Assembly: GCA_963766325.1 (NCBI GenBank)
Contig: CAVXZF010000013.1
Location: forward strand, 71,653 to 135,652
Origin: an uncultured Actinomycetota bacterium
GTDB lineage: Bacteria; Actinomycetota; Actinomycetes; Mycobacteriales; CADCTP01
Direction of reading: 5' to 3'
Length of the DNA: 64,000 nt
Shown: piece after piece, positions 1-9,295 of the stretch
Numbering within the stretch: the first letter of the stretch is position 1
How the letters are laid out: each line of letters begins with the position of its first letter
Notes under the pieces: model-generated
Told to the model about the DNA's origin: nothing
The model's input: the letters and a program-made list of their open reading frames with translations, nothing else
Databases searched by the model: none
Made by a program: the position numbers and the translations under genes

Positions 1-49
1 GCGCGGGGACCGGGCGCTGCTCGTCCGGATCCCGCCGGCCGCGCCTCCT

Positions 50-547
50 GTGATCGTGACGGGGGCGGGGGCGACGCCGGCGCGGACCGGGCGGGTCGCG
101 GAGAAGCTGCGGGAGTGGGGGCGGCGCTACCTGCTGGCCGAGGTGGTCGGCACGCTGAGCGCGCTGGTCGCCGCGATCGTGGTCTACACGGCGACCCGGT
201 CGCTGGCGTCCGCCGCGCTGGCCGCGTCGCTGGCCGAGACGGCCGGCTTCTACGGCGTGGTGCTGAGCCGGACGCTGCCCCCGCTCTACCGGCTGCACGC
301 CGGGCTCAGCCACGGCCGCCGGCTGCTGCAGACCGGCCGGCGCGGGCTGGCCGAGGCGTCCGACTTCGTGGTGGCCGAGCTGACCGACACGCTGGTGCTG
401 CGGCCCGGGCTGATCTTCCTGGCCGCGCACTGGGCCGGGCAGGACGTCGTCTTCGGGCTGGTGGTCGGCAAGCTGCTCGCCGACGTCGGCTTCTACGCCG
501 TGGTGATCCCGTCGTACGAGCTGCGCAAGCGGCTGGTGCCCCGGTGA
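50..547 (+). CDS. hypothetical integral membrane protein
   Basis: 165-aa ORF with a GTG start. Hydrophobic stretches include LLAEVVGTLSALVAAIVVY, GLIFLAAHWAG and GFYAVVIP. Its stop overlaps the GTG of the next gene (GTGA at 544-547), suggesting an operon. No family recognised. Confidence 0.5.
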   Translation: MIVTGAGATPARTGRVAEKLREWGRRYLLAEVVGTLSALVAAIVVYTATRSLASAALAASLAETAGFYGVVLSRTLPPLYRLHAGLSHGRRLLQTGRRGLAEASDFVVAELTDTLVLRPGLIFLAAHWAGQDVVFGLVVGKLLADVGFYAVVIPSYELRKRLVPR

Positions 548-1674
548 CCGCCCCGTCCGGGCTGGCTGTCCCCGTGCCGGCCGAGCTGCCCGACCACCCG
601 ACGCCGTTCCTGCTGCTCGACCTGGAGCGGGTGGCGGGGGCGTACGCGGAGTTCGCCGCCGTGCTGCCCGGCGTGGACGTGCACTACGCGATGAAGTGCA
701 ACCCGGACCGGCGCGTCCTGCAGCAGCTGCACGAGCTCGGCGGCGGCTTCGAGGTGGCCTCCATCGCCGAGCTGCACACCCTGGTCGACGTCGGGGTGGA
801 CCCGGCCGACGTGCTCTACAGCAACCCGGTCAAGCCGGCCGCGCACATCGCCGCGGCGGCGCGGGCCGGGGTGTGGCGGTTCGCCGCGGACAGCGCGGCC
901 GAGCTGGCCAAGCTGGCCACGCACGCGCCGGGCGCCGCCGTCTACGCGCGGCTGCGGACCACCGCCGGCACCACCACGGTGCCGAGCGAGGGCAAGTTCG
1001 GCATCGGCGGTCCGGCGGCGGTCGAGCTGCTGCGGGCGGCCCGGCGGGCCGGGCTCCGGCCGTACGGGATCGCCTTCCACGTCGGCTCGCAGATGCTCGA
1101 CCCGGTCGCCTGGGACGGCGCGGTGGCGCTGAGCGGGCAGGTCATGCGGGCGCTGGAGCCGGACGGGATCCGGCTCGGGCTGCTCGACCTCGGCGGCGGC
1201 TTCCCGGCCCGGTACGCCGACGCCGACCCGCCGCCGCTGGCCGCCTTCGCCGCGGTGATCGCGGCGGCCCTGGACCGGCACCTGCCGTACCGGCCGGCCA
1301 AGCTGGCGGTCGAGCCCGGCCGCGCGCTGGTCGCCGAGGCCGGGGTGATGGTGGCGACGGTGATCGGGCTGGCCGAGCGGGACGGCCGGCGCTGGGCGCA
1401 CCTCGACGTCGGCGCGTTCAACGGCTTCATGGAGGCGCTGGAGAGCGGCAACCGGCTGCGCTTCCCGGTCGGCGACTCGCGCGGCTCGGCCCGCAAGGCG
1501 GCGTACCACCTCACCGGGCCATCCTGCGACAGCCAGGACACGATCCTCTTCGACGTCGAGCTGTCCGCCGACCTGGCGGTGGACGACCGGGTCTGGCTGG
1601 GTGCCGCGGGGGCGTACACGACGAGCTACGCCAGCGCCTTCAACGGCTTCCCGGTGCCGCTGACCTACGCCTGA
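544..1674 (+). CDS. PLP-dependent decarboxylase, Orn/DAP/Arg decarboxylase family (alanine-racemase fold)
   Basis: Lies in ORF-track frame 115..1674; likely GTG start at 544. Motifs: PLP-lysine region VHYAMKCNP, HVGSQ, DLGGGFP, EPGRALVA, GPSCDSQD. Confidence 0.87.
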   Translation: MTAPSGLAVPVPAELPDHPTPFLLLDLERVAGAYAEFAAVLPGVDVHYAMKCNPDRRVLQQLHELGGGFEVASIAELHTLVDVGVDPADVLYSNPVKPAAHIAAAARAGVWRFAADSAAELAKLATHAPGAAVYARLRTTAGTTTVPSEGKFGIGGPAAVELLRAARRAGLRPYGIAFHVGSQMLDPVAWDGAVALSGQVMRALEPDGIRLGLLDLGGGFPARYADADPPPLAAFAAVIAAALDRHLPYRPAKLAVEPGRALVAEAGVMVATVIGLAERDGRRWAHLDVGAFNGFMEALESGNRLRFPVGDSRGSARKAAYHLTGPSCDSQDTILFDVELSADLAVDDRVWLGAAGAYTTSYASAFNGFPVPLTYA

Positions 1675-2633
1675 GCGGTCCAGTTGACCACGCGGACGGT
1701 CGTGCCGGCCTCGGTGGACCGGACCTGCACCAGGTCGCACAGCTGGTTGGCCAGCCACAGGCCGCGGTCGTCGGGCTGGCCCGGCGGTGGCTGGCGGCGG
1801 CCGGTCATCGGGTCGGCCACCAGGCCCGGGTCGCGCACCTCGCAGACCAGCGCCGCCGGGTCCCGCCAGACCCGCAGGTGGCCGGAGCCGGCGGCCCCGG
1901 CGACGGCGGCGGCGACCTCCTGCACGGCCAGCCCGACCGCCCACACCCGCTCCTCGTCCAGCCCGGCCGCCACCGCGTGCCGGACCACCAGGTCGCGGGC
2001 CGCGCCGACCTCGGCCGCGAACGGCAGCACCGTCACCGGCCCGGCCGGCTCCGGCAGGTCCGCGGCGAGCAGGTCGCCGACGTACCCGGAGCCGCCGTAG
2101 ATGGGGCTGCCACGGTGCTCATCCGCGTCGACCACCAGCGGGTGGCTCCGGAGCGCGTGGTCGATCACGTCCGCCGGCAGCGCGTCGGTGTCGTACGGGC
2201 AGCGCAGCCAGAACGGGACGTCCGGCGGCACCGCGACGTTGAGCAGCCCCTCGTGCAGCTGGGCCTCGCCCAGCTCGAGCTCGGACCGGCCGGACCAGAT
2301 CGGCTCGCCGATGCCGCGCACCGGCCGGGTGGGGCCGCCGTAGGTGTCCAGGAAGCGCTGCCAGCCCGGGATGATCCGGGCCGGGTTGTGGCCCAGCTCG
2401 GCCATGTCCACGAAGAGCACGTCGGTGGCGTCGGCGCCGAGGGCGTCCCGCAGCGGCGCCGCCCGCTCCTCGATCACCGCGACCATCACCGGCTCACCGG
2501 CGGCCACGCCGTCCCGCACGAACGGGACCAGGCCGTCGAGGAACTGCGCCTCACCTCGATAGAGGAAGGCTTCGTGCCGGTAGGGCTGCTGCCGGGAGGT
2601 CGACGGGAGGGTCGGCCCGGGCCCGAGGGTCAT
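1665..2633 (-). CDS. MEDS-domain / RsbW-type anti-sigma-factor-like (HATPase) protein
   Basis: Internal ATG at 2633 (MTLGPGP...). The N-terminal half is MEDS-like (YRHEAFLYRGEAQFLDGLVPFVRDGVAAGEPVMV). The C-terminal third resembles anti-sigma serine kinases (GLWLANQLCDLVQVRSTEAGTTVRV). Confidence 0.65.
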   Translation of the reverse strand: MTLGPGPTLPSTSRQQPYRHEAFLYRGEAQFLDGLVPFVRDGVAAGEPVMVAVIEERAAPLRDALGADATDVLFVDMAELGHNPARIIPGWQRFLDTYGGPTRPVRGIGEPIWSGRSELELGEAQLHEGLLNVAVPPDVPFWLRCPYDTDALPADVIDHALRSHPLVVDADEHRGSPIYGGSGYVGDLLAADLPEPAGPVTVLPFAAEVGAARDLVVRHAVAAGLDEERVWAVGLAVQEVAAAVAGAAGSGHLRVWRDPAALVCEVRDPGLVADPMTGRRQPPPGQPDDRGLWLANQLCDLVQVRSTEAGTTVRVVNWTAQA

Positions 2634-2821
2634 GCCGTGCCGTCCGGGGAGAGGCGGGGCACCGCCGGGCGGCGGCACCGAGGACGGCGCAATCGTAGGA
2701 CACGATCGCCTACCCGGACCCGCACCGAGCACAGGACCGGTGTGGCATCCGCGTGGTTCCCGGCCCGGGCAGGCGCTACTCCGGGGTAGGAGGACGGCGG
2801 GAAGTCGGAGGGAGACAGGCC

Positions 2822-3079
2822 CTATCCCTCGGTTCCGGTGACGTCGCCCGGCGCCGGGTCATCCGTGGCCGGCGGCACGCTGCCCGGGGCGTAGTCGGCC
2901 AGGCCGGCGTCCACCCGCTCCTGCTCGGTCCGCTCGGCCAGGTAGTCGTCGTCCAGCCGGTCGGCGGCGCCGCCGTGCTCCCGGCGGTCCCGGTGCAGCT
3001 CCTGGTCCGGCGGGCCGGGCGCGGCCAGCACGTCGGCGGCCAGCTCGGCGCCGGTGCGCGGGTCGTCCGGTCCGGTCAT
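2822..3079 (-). CDS. small acidic Asp/Glu/Pro-rich protein, unknown function
   Basis: 85-aa ORF. Its ATG (3079-3077) shares the A of the upstream gene's TGA (TGATG), implying translational coupling. Confidence 0.45.
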   Translation of the reverse strand: MTGPDDPRTGAELAADVLAAPGPPDQELHRDRREHGGAADRLDDDYLAERTEQERVDAGLADYAPGSVPPATDDPAPGDVTGTEG

Positions 3080-3741
3080 CAGAAGCCCCCCATGTCGCCG
3101 CCGAAGTCCCCGCCGAAGTCGCCCCCGCCGAAGTCCCCGCCACCGAAGTCGCCGCCGCCGCCGAAGTCGCCGCCGGTGTCGCCGCTGGTGTCCGCCGCGT
3201 AGTCGCCGCCGCCCGCGTCCCCGGTGTCCCCGCTGTCCCCGGCCGCGTCGGCGCCCTCGCCGCTGTCGTTGAAGTCGAACATCGCGTCGGCGATGGCGGT
3301 CCCGACGAACGCGCCGGCCACGCTGGCCAGCAGCCCGCCGGCGATCATGCCGCCCATGCCCATGCCACCGCCCATGCCACCGCGGCTGAACGAGCGCTCC
3401 AGGGTGCCGGGCTGGCGCATCTCCGCCCGGGTCGCCATCCGGGCCAGGTCCCGCGGGTCGTCGGACTGCGCCCGCTCGCCCGGCGGCACGTCGCGGCTCA
3501 GCTCGGCCAGCACCTGCCGGCGCTGCTCCGGGGTGAGCTTCGCGAACGCCTCCGCGTGCGCCTGCTCCACCTGCTCGGGCGGGGCGGTGCGCAGCAGGTA
3601 GCGGTAGCGCTCGACGGCGATCTCGTCCGGGTCGCGGCCGGCGCCCGCACGGGGCGGCGCCGCCCGGTTGCCACCGTCCCAGCCCGCGCGGGCGGGCTCG
3701 GTGCGCGGGCTGCGGCCCAGCAGTCGGTCCAGGAGTCCCAC
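3079..3741 (-). CDS. glycine-rich protein with C-terminal GGDF repeat tail, unknown function
   Basis: 220 aa. Helical N-terminus, a Gly/Met hydrophobic patch (GGMGGGMGMGGMIAGGLLASVAGAFVGTAIA), then an acidic tail with about 6 (G)GGDF repeats. The architecture loosely recalls DUF2076-type proteins; this is not a firm assignment. Confidence 0.55.
   Translation of the reverse strand: MGLLDRLLGRSPRTEPARAGWDGGNRAAPPRAGAGRDPDEIAVERYRYLLRTAPPEQVEQAHAEAFAKLTPEQRRQVLAELSRDVPPGERAQSDDPRDLARMATRAEMRQPGTLERSFSRGGMGGGMGMGGMIAGGLLASVAGAFVGTAIADAMFDFNDSGEGADAAGDSGDTGDAGGGDYAADTSGDTGGDFGGGGDFGGGDFGGGDFGGDFGGDMGGF
3085..3172 (-). repeat. short coding tandem repeats (core CCGAAGTC[CG]CC) encoding the GGDF repeats
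   Basis: The motif recurs directly at 12-15 nt spacing in the plus-strand sequence. Confidence 0.8.
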
Positions 3742-3815
3742 TCCGTGTCCCCTCCTCCGTACGTCCCAGCCCTCTTACCCTGCCAACGCCCCGCCGACCC
3801 TCCCCGTGCCCGCGG

Positions 3816-3893
3816 CTACCCGGTGGCCGCGCGGCGCGGGTGCGGGCGGCCCGGTGCTACCCGGTGGCCGCGCGGGCGCGGGTGCGGGCGGCC
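3816..3893. repeat. 41-nt-period tandem duplication spanning the 3' end of the sigma-factor gene
   Basis: CTACCCGGTGGCCGCGCGG(G)CGCGGGTGCGGGCGGCC occurs at about 3816-3852 and 3857-3893 with one 1-nt indel. The second copy encodes ...RTRARAATG plus the stop. Confidence 0.85.
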
Positions 3894-5050
3894 TGGCGGA
3901 CCAGGTGGTCGCGCTCGGCGACGTCGGTGGCGCGGTGGGCCGCGGCCGCGTACGCCGTCGCGGCCGCCGTCAGGTCGCCGCCGAGCTCGTACAGGTGGCC
4001 GCGGACCGCGTGCCAGCGGTGCCGGTCGCCGAGCACCTCGCGCAGCCGGTCGGTCTCCCGCAGCCCGGCGGCGGCGCCGAGGACGTGACCGACCGCGACC
4101 GCGCGCCCGAGCACGGCGGCCGGGTCCTGGCGGACCGGGTCGGCGGTGAGGGCGACCAGGTCGTCGTACCAGGCCAGGATCTGCGGCCAGTCGGTCTCCG
4201 CGGCGCTGGCCGCGTCGTCGTGCAGGGCGGCGATGGCGGCCTCGATCTGGTAGCGGCCGGGCCGCTGCCGGGCCAGCGCCGACTGCAGGACCCGTACGCC
4301 CTCGGCGATCGCGCGGGTGTCCCACCGGCCGCGATCCTGCCGGTCGAGCGTGACGATCCGGCCCTCGGCGTCCCGCCGCGCCGGCAGCCGGGCATGGTTG
4401 AGGAGCATCAGCGCCAGCAGCCCGCGCGCCTCCGGCTCGTCGGTGGCGAGGGTGAGCTGGCGGGTGAGCCGGATCGCCTCGCCGGCCAGGTCCACCCGAC
4501 CCGCGTGCCCGGCGGTGTAGACGAGATAGAGCACGCGCAGCACGACGGCGAGGTCGCCGGGCCGGTCCAGCCGGCGCCCGCGCAGGGTGCGCTTGGCCCG
4601 GCTGATCCGCTGCGCCATCGTCGCCTCCGGCACGTAGAACGCGTCGGCGATCTCCCGGGTGGTGAGGCCGCCGACCGCCCGCAGCGTCAGCGCCACCTGG
4701 GAGGCGGGCGCCAGGTCCGGATGGCAGCAGCAGAAGAGCAGGAAGAGCGTGTCGTCGCCCTCCTCGGTGGCGCCCGGCCGGGGCTCGGCGTACGTCCCCT
4801 CCTCCCGCCGGTGCCGGGCGGCCTCGCTGCGGCGGGCGTCGACGAGCCGCCGGGTCGCGACCGCGGCCAGCCAGGCCCGCGGCTCGCGCGGCGGGCTCTC
4901 CGGCCACACCCGCAGCGCCTCGAGCAGCGCCTCCTGCAGCGCGTCCTCGGCGGCGTCGAAGTCCTCGCCCCGCCGGACCAGGCCGGCCAGGACCCGCGGG
5001 ACGAGGGCGCGCAGGGCGCCCTCGTCCAGCCGCTCGGGTCCGCCGGTCAC
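3857..5050 (-). CDS. ECF sigma factor with long C-terminal TPR-like extension (ECF42-like)
   Basis: GTG start at 5050 (VTGGPERLDEG...), overlapping the upstream DGPF gene by 4 nt. Region 2 (DAAEDALQEALLEALRVW) and region 4 (LTTREIADAFYVPEATMAQRISRAKRTL) are present. The 397-aa size and a DGPF/YCII neighbour match the described ECF42 context. Confidence 0.85.
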   Translation of the reverse strand: MTGGPERLDEGALRALVPRVLAGLVRRGEDFDAAEDALQEALLEALRVWPESPPREPRAWLAAVATRRLVDARRSEAARHRREEGTYAEPRPGATEEGDDTLFLLFCCCHPDLAPASQVALTLRAVGGLTTREIADAFYVPEATMAQRISRAKRTLRGRRLDRPGDLAVVLRVLYLVYTAGHAGRVDLAGEAIRLTRQLTLATDEPEARGLLALMLLNHARLPARRDAEGRIVTLDRQDRGRWDTRAIAEGVRVLQSALARQRPGRYQIEAAIAALHDDAASAAETDWPQILAWYDDLVALTADPVRQDPAAVLGRAVAVGHVLGAAAGLRETDRLREVLGDRHRWHAVRGHLYELGGDLTAAATAYAAAAHRATDVAERDHLVRQAARTRARAATG

Positions 5051-5466
5051 GCGGGCCCGTCGTCCGCGGGCGCGCCGGACATGACCTCCCGGACGTCGAT
5101 CCACTCGTACAGCGGGGCCCCGCCCGGGCCCGGCTCGGAGGAGATGTACGCCGCCAGCTCGACGGCGCGCTCGTACGAGTCGACGTCGACCATGTACCAC
5201 CCCGCCACCAGGTCGCTGGTCTCCGGCAGCGGGCCGTCGGTGGTGACCGGCGCGGCGTCCGGGCCGCCGTAGCGCACCCAGGTGCGGGTGGGGGTGAGCG
5301 CCTGGGCGTCGACGTACTCGCCGTTCTTCTCCAGCAGCTCGCCGACGTGCCGGAGGAAGGCCATGTGCGCCTCCACGTCCTCCGGCGCCCACTGGTCCAT
5401 CGGCGGGACCGGGCGGTGCGCCTCCGGACCGCCGCGGTAGTGCTTGAGGAGCAGGTACTTCGGCAT
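5047..5466 (-). CDS. YCII-related / DGPF-domain protein
   Basis: 139 aa. MPKYLLLKHYRGGPE... and DGPLPETSDLVAGWYMVDVDSYERAVELA. First gene of an operon with the ECF sigma factor. Confidence 0.8.
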   Translation of the reverse strand: MPKYLLLKHYRGGPEAHRPVPPMDQWAPEDVEAHMAFLRHVGELLEKNGEYVDAQALTPTRTWVRYGGPDAAPVTTDGPLPETSDLVAGWYMVDVDSYERAVELAAYISSEPGPGGAPLYEWIDVREVMSGAPADDGPA

Positions 5467-5570
5467 GGTGTCTCCCTGGTGTCGGGGGCCGCGGCCCTTT
5501 ACCTGGTGAGCGGAGCCGGCCGGAGCTTCTCGACATGGAAGCACCCGATTTTTTTCGCCGTACGGGAGGG

Positions 5571-5600
5571 TTGACTCCGTTCGAACATGTGTTCGAGGAT
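5571..5600 (+). promoter_or_regulatory. SOS promoter with LexA box upstream of imuA'
   Basis: TTGACT (5571-5576), 18 nt, GAGGAT (5595-5600). A perfect actinobacterial LexA box TCGAAC-ATGT-GTTCGA sits at 5581-5596. The GTG at 5607 follows the -10 by 6 nt, so the mRNA is probably leaderless. Confidence 0.8.
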
Positions 5601-5606
5601 CGGGGG

Positions 5607-6740
5607 GTGACGGCGGCAGTGGTGGCGCCCCCGCAGCGGGCGGGGGCGGTGGAGCGGGCGGGTGAGCGCCCGCTGCCGGTGCTGCCCGCGCTCTCGCCGC
5701 TGCTGCCGGCCGGGCTGCGCCGGGGCTCCGCGGTGACGGTGCGCGGGTCGGCGGGGCTGCTGCTCGCGCTGCTGGCCGGGCCGTCCCGGGAGGGGGCCTG
5801 GTGCGCGGTGGTCGGGCTGCCCGGGCTCGGCCTGGTGGCGGCGGCCGAGACCGGGGTCGCGCTGGAGCGGCTGGCCCTGGTGCCCGACCCCGGGCCGGAC
5901 TGGGCCGCGGTCGCCGGCGCCCTGCTGGACGCCATGGACGTGGTGGTGGTCGCCCCGCGCGGGCGGGTCCTGGACGGGGACGTGCGCCGGCTGGCCGCGC
6001 GGGCCCGGCAGCGGGGCGCGGTCCTGGTGCCGTACGGGGCGGTCCGCTGGCCCGGCGCGGAGCGGCGGCTGAGCCTGGCAAGCGGCAGCTGGGAGGGGCT
6101 CGACCAGGGTTCCGGGCACCTGCGGGCCCGCCGGGTGGTGGTCCGCGGCGAGGGCCGGGGCGCCGCGGCGCGGGCCCACGAGCTGCGGCTGTGGTTGCCG
6201 GCCCCCGAGGGCGGCGTGCGGGCCGACCCCACCCCCCTGCTGCGCGCGGTGCCGGACCTTCCCCCGGCACCGCCCGCCCTCCCCCTCCCCGATCTTGAGG
6301 AAAGGGCGGCGAGCGACGGCGTGTCGCCGACCCTTTCCTCGAGATCGGTGGCCGAGCGCGGTCGGGCGCTGCGCGCGGTCCGGGGTGGGGGCGCCGGACC
6401 CGGTCCCGGATCGGGCAGCGCCGGTCCGGGACCGGCCCGCCCCCTCGACCCCGCCCGGGTGGTCCGGGCGTCCAGTCCCCGTCCGGGCGGTGTCCCCGTG
6501 CCGCCCGGGCGGTCCGCCGCGGTCGGGGGTGGCGGTCTCCCGGTTCCGCCACCCCCGGTCGGGGCCCACACCGCAGCCCGGGCCGCCGGGGTCCAGGCCA
6601 CGGCCGGGGTCGGGGTCCACACCGGGGCGCAGGCCGGGGCCCGGATCGGGGCGCGGCCGCGGATCCCGGCGGAGGCGCTGGCACGCCTGCGTCCCGCCTC
6701 CTCACTCCCCCGACCGGCCCGCCGGGCGGTGCCGGGATGA
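5607..6740 (+). CDS. imuA: ImuA'-like SOS mutasome accessory protein
   Basis: The GTG at 5607 is chosen because the ATG at 5535 would place the LexA box inside the CDS. The N-terminal ~200 aa look like actinobacterial ImuA' (GLRRGSAVTVRGSAGLLLALLAGPSREGAWCAVVGLPGLGLVAAAETGVALERLALVPDPG). The C-terminus is low-complexity P/G/A. ATGA overlap with imuB. Confidence 0.72.
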   Translation: MTAAVVAPPQRAGAVERAGERPLPVLPALSPLLPAGLRRGSAVTVRGSAGLLLALLAGPSREGAWCAVVGLPGLGLVAAAETGVALERLALVPDPGPDWAAVAGALLDAMDVVVVAPRGRVLDGDVRRLAARARQRGAVLVPYGAVRWPGAERRLSLASGSWEGLDQGSGHLRARRVVVRGEGRGAAARAHELRLWLPAPEGGVRADPTPLLRAVPDLPPAPPALPLPDLEERAASDGVSPTLSSRSVAERGRALRAVRGGGAGPGPGSGSAGPGPARPLDPARVVRASSPRPGGVPVPPGRSAAVGGGGLPVPPPPVGAHTAARAAGVQATAGVGVHTGAQAGARIGARPRIPAEALARLRPASSLPRPARRAVPG

Positions 6741-8326
6741 CCCTGCGCACCGCGGTGCTCCGCTGCCCGGACTGGCCGGTGGTCAGCGCCATGACCGCGG
6801 CCGGCGTCGCCGCCGAGGGCGGCGAGGACATCCCGGCCGCCGTCGTCCACGCCAACCGCGTGGTCTCCACCACCCCCGCCGCCCGGGCCGCCGGCGTCCG
6901 CACCGGCCTGCGCCGCCGCGAGGCGCAGGCCCGCTGCCCGGAGCTGGTCGTGCTGCCGGCCGACCCGGCCCGGGACGCCCGGGCGTTCGAGCCGGTCGTC
7001 GCCGCGGTCGACGAGCTGGCCCCCGGGGTGGAGGTGATCCGCCCGGGCGTCTGCGCGGTCGCCGCCCGCGGCCCGGCGCGCTACTTCGGTGGCGACCACG
7101 CGGTGGTCGACCGCCTCGCCCGGCACGTCACCGAGCGCACCCGCGCGCAGTGCTCGGTCGGGGTGGCGGACGGCCGGTTCGCCGCCGCGCTCGCCGCCCG
7201 GGACGGCGCGGTGGTGCCCCGCGGCGGCTCCCGGGCCTACCTCGCCCCCTACCCGGTGGAGACGCTGGGCGACCCGGACCTGCCCGACCTGCTGCGCCGG
7301 CTCGGCCTGCGCACGCTCGGCGCCTTCGCCGCGCTGCCGCCGCGGGACGTGCTGGCCCGGTTCGGCCCGGACGGCGGCCGCTGCCACCGGCTGGCCCGCG
7401 GGCTGGACGAGGTGCCGCTGGCCGCCCGCCCGCCGGTGCCCGAGCTGGCCGTGCAGACCGAGCTGGACCCGCCGGCCGAGCGGGTGGAGACCGCCGCCTT
7501 CGCCGCCCGGGCGCTGGCCGAGCAGCTGCACGCCGGGCTGGCCCGCCGCGGCCTGGCCTGCACCCGGGTGGCGATCGAGGCCCAGACCGAGCACGGCGAG
7601 CAGCTGACCCGGCTGTGGCGGCACGAGGGCGTGCTCACCGCCGCGGCGGTGGCCGACCGGATCCGCTGGCAGCTGGACGGCTGGCTGACCGGCACCGCCC
7701 GGGTGCTCCCGCGCGCCGGCGGACCGTCCACAGGCGACCGGGTGGAGCGCCCCACCGCCGGGATCGCGCTGCTCCGCCTCGTCCCGGACGAGGTGGTGCC
7801 GTACGGCGGGATGCAGCTCGGCCTGTGGGGCGGCATCGGCGAGGCGGACGAGCGGGCCGGCCGGGTGCTGGCCCGGGTGCAGGGCATGCTCGGCCCGGAC
7901 CGGGTGCTGACCGCGGTGCTCGGCGGCGGCCGCGGCCCCGGCGACCGGGTCCGGCTGGTGCCGTGGGGCGACCGGCGCACCCCGGACCGGCCGGCCGACC
8001 CGCCGTGGCCGGGCCGGCTGCCGGCGCCGTCCCCGGGGACGGTGCTGCCCGACCCGCTGCCGGCCGAGGTGCTCGACGCGGCCGGGGCGCCGGTCGGGGT
8101 GACCGGGCGGTTCGTCGTCACCGCCGCGCCGGCCGTGCTGGCCGTGCCCGGCCGTGCCCCGGCGGAGGTGGTGTCCTGGACCGGGCCGTGGCCGGTGGAC
8201 GAGCGGTGGTGGGACGCGGCGACCGCGAGCCGGCGGGCCCGCTTCCAGCTGGTCACCGCGGACGGCAGCGGCTGGCTGGTCGCCCTCGACGGCGGCCGCT
8301 GGGAGCTGGAGGCGGCGTACGACTGA
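6737..8326 (+). CDS. imuB: ImuB, Y-family-polymerase-like mutasome protein
   Basis: 529 aa. LRCPDWPVV, AARAAGVRTGLRRREAQARCPELVVLP, VEVIRPGVCAVAARGPARYFGG. Translationally coupled to imuA'. Confidence 0.85.
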   Translation: MTLRTAVLRCPDWPVVSAMTAAGVAAEGGEDIPAAVVHANRVVSTTPAARAAGVRTGLRRREAQARCPELVVLPADPARDARAFEPVVAAVDELAPGVEVIRPGVCAVAARGPARYFGGDHAVVDRLARHVTERTRAQCSVGVADGRFAAALAARDGAVVPRGGSRAYLAPYPVETLGDPDLPDLLRRLGLRTLGAFAALPPRDVLARFGPDGGRCHRLARGLDEVPLAARPPVPELAVQTELDPPAERVETAAFAARALAEQLHAGLARRGLACTRVAIEAQTEHGEQLTRLWRHEGVLTAAAVADRIRWQLDGWLTGTARVLPRAGGPSTGDRVERPTAGIALLRLVPDEVVPYGGMQLGLWGGIGEADERAGRVLARVQGMLGPDRVLTAVLGGGRGPGDRVRLVPWGDRRTPDRPADPPWPGRLPAPSPGTVLPDPLPAEVLDAAGAPVGVTGRFVVTAAPAVLAVPGRAPAEVVSWTGPWPVDERWWDAATASRRARFQLVTADGSGWLVALDGGRWELEAAYD

Positions 8327-8327
8327 G

Positions 8328-9284
8328 CTACCGGGCGTCGCGGAAGCCGTCCAGCGCCTCGAGCACGGCGGCGGTCATCCCGGCGCCGCCGTGCCCCTCG
8401 TCGTCGATGACGACCAGCCGGCTCGCCGGCCAGGCCCGGTGCAGGTCCCAGGCGGTGTCCAGCGGCCCGGACACGTCGTAGCGGCCGTGGATCAGCACCC
8501 CCGGGGTCTGCGCGATGCGCGCCATCCCGGCCGCGATCGGGGCGTCGTCGAGGAAGCAGCCGTTGCTCCAGTAGTGGGTGACCAGCCGGGCGAAGACCTG
8601 CCGGAAGGCCGGGTCCTGCAGGCTCAGCCACGGCTGCCAGCCGGGCGCCAGCGAGACGTGGACGTCCTCCCAGGCGCACCACTGCGCCGCCGCCCGCTCG
8701 GTCACCGCGGGATCCGGGTCGGCCAGCAACCGGGCGTACGCCGCCGCCAGGTCGCCGTCCCGCTCCCCCGCCGGGACGCCGGCCGCGAAGGCGTCCCACT
8801 CGCGCGGGAAGACCCGGCGCATGTCCCGGGTGATCCACTCGGTCTCCAGCCGCGCGCCCGAGGTGACCGCGCTCAGCACCATCGCGGTGACCCGCTCGGG
8901 GTGGCGCTGCGCGTACGCCAGCGCCAGCGTCACCCCCCAGGACCCGCCGACCACCACCCACCGCTCGATGCCGAGGTGCTCCCGCAGCCGCTCGATGTCC
9001 GCGATCAGGTGCCAGGTCGTGTTGGTCGCCAGGTCGGCCGCGGCGCTGTCGGCGAGCGGGCGGCTGCGCCCGCTGCCCCGCTGGTCGAAGAGCACCGCCC
9101 GGTACGCCGCCGGGTCGAACAGCCGCCGCTGCCCCGGGAAGAAGCCGGTCCCCGGCCCGCCATGCAACCAGACCGCCGGTGTGCCCGCCGGGTTCCCGAC
9201 GGTCTCCCAGTAGATCTCGTACCCATCGCCGACGGCGAGCATCCCGTGCTCGTACGGCTCGATCTCCGGATACCGATCCCTCAT
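8328..9284 (-). CDS. pip: prolyl aminopeptidase (proline iminopeptidase)
   Basis: Alpha/beta hydrolase. YPEIEPYEHGMLAVGDGYEIYWE, WLHGGPGTG, nucleophile elbow GGSWGV. Confidence 0.9.
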   Translation of the reverse strand: MRDRYPEIEPYEHGMLAVGDGYEIYWETVGNPAGTPAVWLHGGPGTGFFPGQRRLFDPAAYRAVLFDQRGSGRSRPLADSAAADLATNTTWHLIADIERLREHLGIERWVVVGGSWGVTLALAYAQRHPERVTAMVLSAVTSGARLETEWITRDMRRVFPREWDAFAAGVPAGERDGDLAAAYARLLADPDPAVTERAAAQWCAWEDVHVSLAPGWQPWLSLQDPAFRQVFARLVTHYWSNGCFLDDAPIAAGMARIAQTPGVLIHGRYDVSGPLDTAWDLHRAWPASRLVVIDDEGHGGAGMTAAVLEALDGFRDAR

Positions 9285-9295
9285 GGCACGCGAGC

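Noticed and set aside
5051-7624. N-terminal 850-aa extension of the 1255-aa minus-strand ORF that ends as the ECF sigma factor
   Set aside because: Only the last 397 codons look like a sigma factor. The rest is antisense to the DGPF, imuA' and imuB region and is low-complexity Arg/Pro/Ala.
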